DNA from: Planctomycetota bacterium
Lineage (GTDB): Bacteria > Planctomycetota > JAJSAM01 > JAJVHW01
Assembly (NCBI GenBank): GCA_965248445.1
Contig: CBDFJG010000001.1
Span: 416,001-480,000 of the forward strand
Direction: 5' to 3'
Length of the DNA stretch: 64,000 nt
Below the pieces are notes generated by a model. That model ran no database searches and was not told the DNA's origin. It saw nothing but the letters and a program-made list of their open reading frames with translations. Each line of letters starts with the position of its first letter. The stretch's first letter is position 1. Positions 58,726 to 64,000 of the stretch are shown here, one piece after another. The position numbers were made by a program, and so were the translations under genes.

Positions 58726-59703
58726 CTACTCGTCGCCGCGGATCTCGCGCATCGCGCGGGCGGCCATGACGCCGGCCATCTGCTTGCGATAGGCCGGCGG
58801 GAGCAGCGTCGCGCGGACCGGCTTGACGGCCTTGGTGACCGCCGCGGAGATCGCGTCGATCGTGGCGTCATCGAGCTCTCGGCCGACGAACTGCGCCGCG
58901 ACCTCGTCGAGCGGCACCGGGATCGCGGCAACAGCGTTGGCGACGAGGTTCAGCTCCGCGATCGTGTCGCCGTCGAGTCGCGCAGACGCCGCGATGGCGA
59001 GCTCCGGGAAGTCCCAGGCCTCGCGCACGCGGAACTTCTGGTAAGACGCGCGCATGGTCTTCGCGTCCGACGGGATCGACAGTGAGACGATGATCTCCTC
59101 TCGCTTCTTGACGTTCCGCGTGATGCCGTCGAGCGCGAAGAATTCGGACAGCAGCATGGACCGCGTACCCTCCGGCCCCGCGAGGTCGATCTGTGCGCCC
59201 AGCACCATGAACACCGGCGCGAGGTCGCCCGAGTAGTTCGCGTAGCAGATGTCGGTCGAGCCCTTCACGACGCGGCACTCCGGGCCGTCGGCCTTCAGGC
59301 ACTTGCCGAGCGCCTGCCGCGCGAACTCGGACTGGTTCAGCCAGATGCAGCGGGTGTCCACCAGGATGTTGCCCGCGACGGTGCCCGTCTGCCGGATGAG
59401 CGGGGACGCGAGCCGGTCGAGCGTCCGCACGAACACCGGGAAGTCGTTGAGGAAGTCCTCGTCCTCTTCGAGTTGCGAGAGCGTGAGCCCCCCGCCGAGG
59501 CTGCCGTTCGTGCGCCGGTTCAGTTCCTCGATGTGCCGCAGGCTGATCACCGTCGGCTGCGCGTTGATGCCCCACTTGTAGTTGCAGAGCAGATCGGTGC
59601 CGCCGCCCAGGTAGTCGAAGCGGCCGTCCGCGTCACGCGCGTCGGCAACCGCCTCGTCGACGCTCTTCGGCCGCTTGAGGTCGAACTCCGGCAGGATCAT
59701 CAT
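58726..59703 (-). CDS. hcrB: Xanthine-dehydrogenase-family FAD subunit, 4-hydroxybenzoyl-CoA reductase beta-like
   Basis: GGGTDL, ASPLIR..GTVAGN, four-Cys insert RC...CLK...C...C typical of the HcrB [4Fe-4S] site. Confidence 0.75.
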   Translation of the reverse strand: MMILPEFDLKRPKSVDEAVADARDADGRFDYLGGGTDLLCNYKWGINAQPTVISLRHIEELNRRTNGSLGGGLTLSQLEEDEDFLNDFPVFVRTLDRLASPLIRQTGTVAGNILVDTRCIWLNQSEFARQALGKCLKADGPECRVVKGSTDICYANYSGDLAPVFMVLGAQIDLAGPEGTRSMLLSEFFALDGITRNVKKREEIIVSLSIPSDAKTMRASYQKFRVREAWDFPELAIAASARLDGDTIAELNLVANAVAAIPVPLDEVAAQFVGRELDDATIDAISAAVTKAVKPVRATLLPPAYRKQMAGVMAARAMREIRGDE

Positions 59704-62072
59704 CGGCCGTTCTCCTGGCCGTTCCCGTTCTCGTTCGTGGGCATCTCCCAGGTCTTTTTCTGCCAGTCGCCGCCGTTCTTGGCAGCGTCCTTCTTGAGCG
59801 ACTGCAAGTGACGGAACACCTTCTCCGGCCGAACCGGGAGGTCGTACGAGCGGTAGCCCACCGCGTTGTAAAGCGCGTTGCCGAGTGCGGGCAGCACGGG
59901 GATGAGCGGTCCTTCACCGGCTTCCTTGGCGCCGAACGGGCCTTCCTTGTCCTCGGACTCGACCACGATCACGCGCATCTCCGGCGTCTCGAACGGTCCG
60001 AGGATCTTGTAGTCCAGCAGGTTCGGGTTGGTGATGCGCCCGTCGTGGTAGCGCATCTCCTCCATCAGCGCCTGACCGAGGCCCATGTGCATGCAGCCCT
60101 CGATCTGGCCCTCGACCGCCAGGCGGTTGATGGCCCGGCCGCAGTCGTGCGCGAGCGTCATCGTCGTGCACTTGACCAAGCCGGTCTCGATGTCGACATC
60201 CACCTCGGCGACGCACGCGTTGAACGAGTACGCCGGCGCGAGTCCGGCGCCCGCGCCCTTGAACGTGCCGCCCATGCGCGCGCTCTGGTACCAGCCCTTG
60301 GCGATCAACGCGCCGTTGTCGGCCAGCGCCTCGGTCAGTGCGTCGAAGTAGCTGACCTTGACCGAGTCGTCCTCCGACGACGTGAGAATCGTGTCCTCGA
60401 AGTCGAAGCTGTCGGCCGGGTGCGCGGTGATGCGCTCAGCGGCGCGGGACAGCTTCGCCTTGATGACCAGCGCTGCCTCGCGGGCGGCGTTCCCGATCAT
60501 GAAGCAGCCGCGGGAACTGTACGCGCCGAGGTCGAGCGGCGCCGTGTCCGTGTCCTCGCTCTTGACACGGATGAAGTCCATCGGGACGCCCAGCACCTCG
60601 GCGATCGCGATCGCAATGACGGTGTCGCTGCCTTGCCCGATCTCGGCACCCATCGAGTGCGCCGTGATGCCGCCGTCCACGTCGATCTTGAGGTGCACGG
60701 TGCTCTGCGGAGTGCGCGACTTGTGGATAGGCAGCACCGACCCGGAGATGTAGAAGCCCGCGGCGACGCCGATGCCCTTGCCGAACGGAAGGTTGCCCTT
60801 CTTCTCGCGCCATCCGGACTCGTCGCGCACGCGCTCCAGGCACTCGCGAATGCCGTTCGACGTGATGCGGAACTCGTTGATCGTCTTCGTGTACGCCTCG
60901 AGGACGTTGTCGAGACGCATCTGGATCGGATCGAGGCCGAGTTGCTCGGCCGCCATGTCGAACACGTTCTCGATGGCGTAGCGGCAGTTGACCGCGCCGT
61001 GTCCGCGCATCGCGCCGCAGGGCGCCTTGTTCGTGTAGACGCGGCGGCCGGCGTATCGGAAGTTCGGGACGCGGTACGGGCCCTGGCTGAGGACGCCGTT
61101 GTAGTAGGTCGTCACAACACCGAACGACGAGAACGCGCCGCCGTCGATCATCGCCTTGATGTCCATGCCCTGGATCTTGCCGTTCTCGTCGAACGGGATC
61201 TGGACCTCGACGGTCCCAGGGTGACGCCCGCGGTTCGTGAGGAAGATCTCCTCGCGGTCGAAGGTGAGCCGCACCGGGCGCTTGACCTTGCGCGCGAGGA
61301 GGCACGCCGCCATCTCGTGCGGGAACGGATCGCTCTTGCCACCAAATCCGCCGCCCACCGCAGTGCGAAACACGCGGATGCGGTGCATCGGCATGTCGAG
61401 CACCTTGGCGAGCGCGCGGTGCACGTAGTGCGGCACCTGCGTCGGCGTGTAGAGCGACATGCGCCCGTCGGCCTCCGGCACTGCGGTGACCGAGTGCGGC
61501 TCGGTGAACGCGTGGCCGACGCCGATGAAGTCGAACTTGCCGTGCGGCGCGACCTTCGCGCCGGCGATCGCCGCGTCGACGTCACCGAAGTGCTGGTCGA
61601 CGCGCTTCTGCGTGTTGGAGTGGTCCGGCGTCCACGCGTGGATCGGGTGCTCGACCGGATCCAGGCCCTTGACCGGGTCGAAGTAGGTCGGGAGCCGCTC
61701 GTACACGACCTCGATCGCCGCGCAAGCGGCCTTGGCCGTCTGCTCGTCGTCGGCGGCAATCGCGGCGACGATGTCGCCGACGAAGCGGACCTTGTCCGAC
61801 GCGACGGCCTCTTCGTCCTGGCTGATCGGCAGCACACCGAACTTCGCGGCGCCGTCGGCGCCGGTGATGACCCCGTGCACGCCCTCCATCGCCAACGCGC
61901 GGGAGGTGTCGACGCGCAGGATCCGCGCGTGCGGCAGCGTGGACCGCAGCAACCTGCAGATGAGGGTGTTCGGGAACCGTACGTCGTCGCCGTAGATCGC
62001 GGAGCCCGCGACCTTCTGCCAGCTATCGACGAGAGGTTGCCGGCTCCCGACGACCTTGAAGCCCTGCGTCAT
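59700..62072 (-). CDS. hcrA: Molybdopterin-binding subunit, 4-hydroxybenzoyl-CoA reductase alpha-like
   Basis: GGGFGGK, AMRGHG, EIGQGS, SSRG, GAKEAGE. Confidence 0.75.
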   Translation of the reverse strand: MTQGFKVVGSRQPLVDSWQKVAGSAIYGDDVRFPNTLICRLLRSTLPHARILRVDTSRALAMEGVHGVITGADGAAKFGVLPISQDEEAVASDKVRFVGDIVAAIAADDEQTAKAACAAIEVVYERLPTYFDPVKGLDPVEHPIHAWTPDHSNTQKRVDQHFGDVDAAIAGAKVAPHGKFDFIGVGHAFTEPHSVTAVPEADGRMSLYTPTQVPHYVHRALAKVLDMPMHRIRVFRTAVGGGFGGKSDPFPHEMAACLLARKVKRPVRLTFDREEIFLTNRGRHPGTVEVQIPFDENGKIQGMDIKAMIDGGAFSSFGVVTTYYNGVLSQGPYRVPNFRYAGRRVYTNKAPCGAMRGHGAVNCRYAIENVFDMAAEQLGLDPIQMRLDNVLEAYTKTINEFRITSNGIRECLERVRDESGWREKKGNLPFGKGIGVAAGFYISGSVLPIHKSRTPQSTVHLKIDVDGGITAHSMGAEIGQGSDTVIAIAIAEVLGVPMDFIRVKSEDTDTAPLDLGAYSSRGCFMIGNAAREAALVIKAKLSRAAERITAHPADSFDFEDTILTSSEDDSVKVSYFDALTEALADNGALIAKGWYQSARMGGTFKGAGAGLAPAYSFNACVAEVDVDIETGLVKCTTMTLAHDCGRAINRLAVEGQIEGCMHMGLGQALMEEMRYHDGRITNPNLLDYKILGPFETPEMRVIVVESEDKEGPFGAKEAGEGPLIPVLPALGNALYNAVGYRSYDLPVRPEKVFRHLQSLKKDAAKNGGDWQKKTWEMPTNENGNGQENGR

Positions 62073-62595
62073 CCTTCTCACCTGTCTCTGTTGGTTCGGG
62101 CGCTTCGGCGGTTGCGCCGCGCAGTTCCTCGGCGGCCGTCTCGACGGCCTCCACGATCTTGGCGTAGCCCGTGCAGCGGCAGAGGTTGCCGGCAATCGCC
62201 GACTTGATCTCGTCGCGCGACGGCGCGGCGTTCTGCCGCAGCAGCGCCACCGACGTCATGATGAACCCGGGCGTGCAGTACCCGCACTGGCTGCCGCCGC
62301 ACGTGGCGAACGCCTCTTGCACGGGGTGCAGCCGCTCGGCGCCTGTCAGCCCCTCGACCGTCTCGAGACTTCGCCCCTCCGCCTCGAGCGCAAGGGTCAG
62401 GCAGGAGAGGATCGGTCGCCCCTCCATGAGCACCGTGCAACAGCCGCACGTGCCCATGTCGCAGCCGATTTTGGTCCCCGTCAGCCCGACCTGGTCCCGC
62501 AGCGCCAGCGCGAGCGTGTCGTGAGGGCGCACCGCGACCTCGTACGAGGTCCCGTTGACCACGAGCGTCACGAGTGTCTTGGGCGTGCCAGCCAT
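62023..62595 (-). CDS. hcrC: 2x[2Fe-2S] subunit, 4-hydroxybenzoyl-CoA reductase gamma-like
   Basis: GCDMGTCGCCTV...SC, QCGYCTPG, NLCRCTGY. Confidence 0.75.
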   Translation of the reverse strand: MAGTPKTLVTLVVNGTSYEVAVRPHDTLALALRDQVGLTGTKIGCDMGTCGCCTVLMEGRPILSCLTLALEAEGRSLETVEGLTGAERLHPVQEAFATCGGSQCGYCTPGFIMTSVALLRQNAAPSRDEIKSAIAGNLCRCTGYAKIVEAVETAAEELRGATAEAPEPTETGEKDDAGLQGRREPATSRR

Positions 62596-62754
62596 ACCGA
62601 GCGGTCTCCTGCGAGCGCAGCGCCAGAGGGTACCCCGTCCCCCTCGGCGGAGGGAGTTCGGAAGCGGCGCCGCAGCGCCCGCCTTCCCGCCGAGGCGTCA
62701 ACTGTCGTAGCGCCCCCCTCTGCTCATCGTACTTCCGTCGCTTCAGCCGTGTCT

Positions 62755-62844
62755 TCAGCCAGGCCTCTTCCCGACCATCTGAGCGAGACCGGCCAGGGCC
62801 AGCAGACAGAGCAGCAGCGTCATCACGAGCCGCATGAGCCTCAC
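62755..62844 (-). CDS. Possible 29-aa hydrophobic microprotein upstream of hcrC
   Basis: TAGAAT -10-like box (62863-62868), AGGAGG RBS, VRLMRLVMTLLLCLLALAGLAQMVGKRPG*. Confidence 0.4.
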   Translation of the reverse strand: MRLMRLVMTLLLCLLALAGLAQMVGKRPG

Positions 62845-62930
62845 CTCACCCTCCTGGGCGAGATTCTACGGGATACGTTGCGGGGCCCGGTCGTGGACGG
62901 TGTTCGCACTGGAGGAGGAGGACCACACCC

Positions 62931-63734
62931 ATGACGTCCACGACTGAGAGCGACACTGTCCCCGGATTTGCGCGGCGGCTGCTGGGCCTGGCGTACGGGC
63001 TGTTCAGCTATGCCGTCTTCTTCGGTTCTTTCCTCTACACGATCGGCTTCCTGGCGGAGCAGGTCGTGCCGAACACGATCAACTACGGCCACACGGCCTC
63101 GCCAGGCGTCGCCCTCGCCGTCAATCTGGGTCTGCTGCTCGCATTCGGGCTGCAGCACAGCGTGATGGCGCGGCCCACGTTCAAGCGAGCGATGGCCGGC
63201 ATCGTGGCGCCCTCGCAGGAGCGGCAGACCTACGTGCTCGCTTCGGCGATCGTGCTGTTCGCCGTCGGCCTGTTCTGGCATCCGCTGGGCGGCGAGATCT
63301 TCGACCTGCGTGGGAGCGCAGCGGGTTGGGCCCTCACAAGCCTGCAGTTGGGCGGGTTCGGACTGGTGCTGGCGGCGACGATCGCCATCGACCACTTCGA
63401 GCTGTTCGGTCTCTCCCAGACGTTCGCCTACGCCCGCGGCAAGCGCCACGAGGACCGCGGGTTCCGCGTTCCGACGCTCTACCGCTTCGTGCGCCATCCC
63501 ATCCAGACCGGGTTCCTGATTGCGTCGTGGGCGACACCCCACATGACGATCAGCCACCTGGTGTTCGCTGTCGTCATCACGGCCTACATCGTCGTCGCGC
63601 TGAAACTCGAAGAGCGCAACCTGGTCGACGCTTTCGGCGACGACTACCGGAAGTACCGCGAGCAGGTCGGCATGCTCTTCCCGCGCGGTCGCTACACCGG
63701 GGACAGCGCTCAGTTGTCAGCAGCGTCCGGGTAG
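62931..63734 (+). CDS. mddA: Methanethiol S-methyltransferase (ICMT/NnrU-like family)
   Basis: LQHSVMARP.FK, ER.TYVL, DHFELFGL, LYRFVRHP, WATP.MT, EERNL; GGAGG RBS. Confidence 0.85.
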   Translation: MTSTTESDTVPGFARRLLGLAYGLFSYAVFFGSFLYTIGFLAEQVVPNTINYGHTASPGVALAVNLGLLLAFGLQHSVMARPTFKRAMAGIVAPSQERQTYVLASAIVLFAVGLFWHPLGGEIFDLRGSAAGWALTSLQLGGFGLVLAATIAIDHFELFGLSQTFAYARGKRHEDRGFRVPTLYRFVRHPIQTGFLIASWATPHMTISHLVFAVVITAYIVVALKLEERNLVDAFGDDYRKYREQVGMLFPRGRYTGDSAQLSAASG

Positions 63735-63972
63735 ACCCCAGGCCTTTCGGATGACTCCCACGCGAAGGGGCGGTTAACGGAAGCGGGGCGAGCCAAGGCC
63801 ATGCCCCTGGGGTCCTCACTCAACGTAGCGCAGCCGTTCCTCGTCGAACTCGGCTGCGGCGAACAGGACACGCCCCGGCGGGTGTTCGAAGACGACGGGC
63901 GGGGACACGGGCTGCGAGACGGAGTCGTGAAACGGCACGGAGACCGCGAGCGTCCCTGCTCTGCGGCAGCGG

Positions 63973-64000
63973 TCACTCGTCTTCGGGGGTCTCATCCTCG
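63973..64000 (-). CDS. Possible 3' end of a gene running off the window (...EDETPEDE*)
   Basis: Acidic in-frame codons ending in TGA; very short, so weak evidence. Confidence 0.3.

Noticed and set aside
62743..62757. Two in-frame TGAs (G-U-RHG-U) as a possible double-Sec peptide
   Set aside because: No convincing hairpin within SECIS distance of either UGA and no recognisable redox motif.
63745..63785. Fluoride-riboswitch-like words (GATGACTCC, AACCGC)
   Set aside because: The elements are on opposite strands or in the wrong order, and lie 3' of a gene.
1..64000. Many long antisense or alternate-frame ORFs (e.g. 1923-3926 -, 24679-26490 +, 59808-62207 +, 44698-46824 -)
   Set aside because: Shadow ORFs expected at high GC. 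They overlap genes with clear family motifs and have Arg/Pro-rich or motif-less composition.
1..64000. CRISPR arrays, tRNA (including selC), rRNA, IS or prophage genes
   Set aside because: No spaced repeats, cloverleaf/T-loop signatures or transposase/integrase motifs seen by eye. tRNAscan, Aragorn and Rfam would be needed to exclude them formally.

Overview
GC-rich (roughly 70% by eye), gene-dense chromosomal segment of a Gram-negative bacterium (it carries lpxA). Secreted HEAT/VWA and carboxypeptidase-regulatory-domain proteins suggest Planctomycetota; this is inference only. I found no rRNA, tRNA, CRISPR array, transposase or integrase. Housekeeping content: an Mrp Na+/H+ antiporter operon with three MrpD paralogues and no mrpA, queC-queE, thyA-folA, ispH, topA, pyrE, lpxA, a UDP-GlcA decarboxylase, an hcrCAB-like molybdoenzyme and mddA. 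Highlights: (1) Two probable selenoprotein genes that the ORF track breaks or misses, each with an in-frame UGA followed by a bacterial SECIS-like hairpin. One is a membrane-anchored UxxC thioredoxin (55026-55451). The other is a 29-aa single-helix microprotein ending GGGGG-U-G (23552-23641), like the eukaryotic SelS/SelK tail. (2) A five-gene putative amino-acid/peptide-lipid operon: OlsB-like GNAT, acyltransferase, DinB, NRDE and a hydrolase-DedA-ATP-grasp fusion. (3) A divergent redox locus with three different Rieske fusions. (4) Two frameshifted genes and a duplicated gene 3' end flanking a DUF1622 gene. All family calls come from reading motifs, not from database searches.
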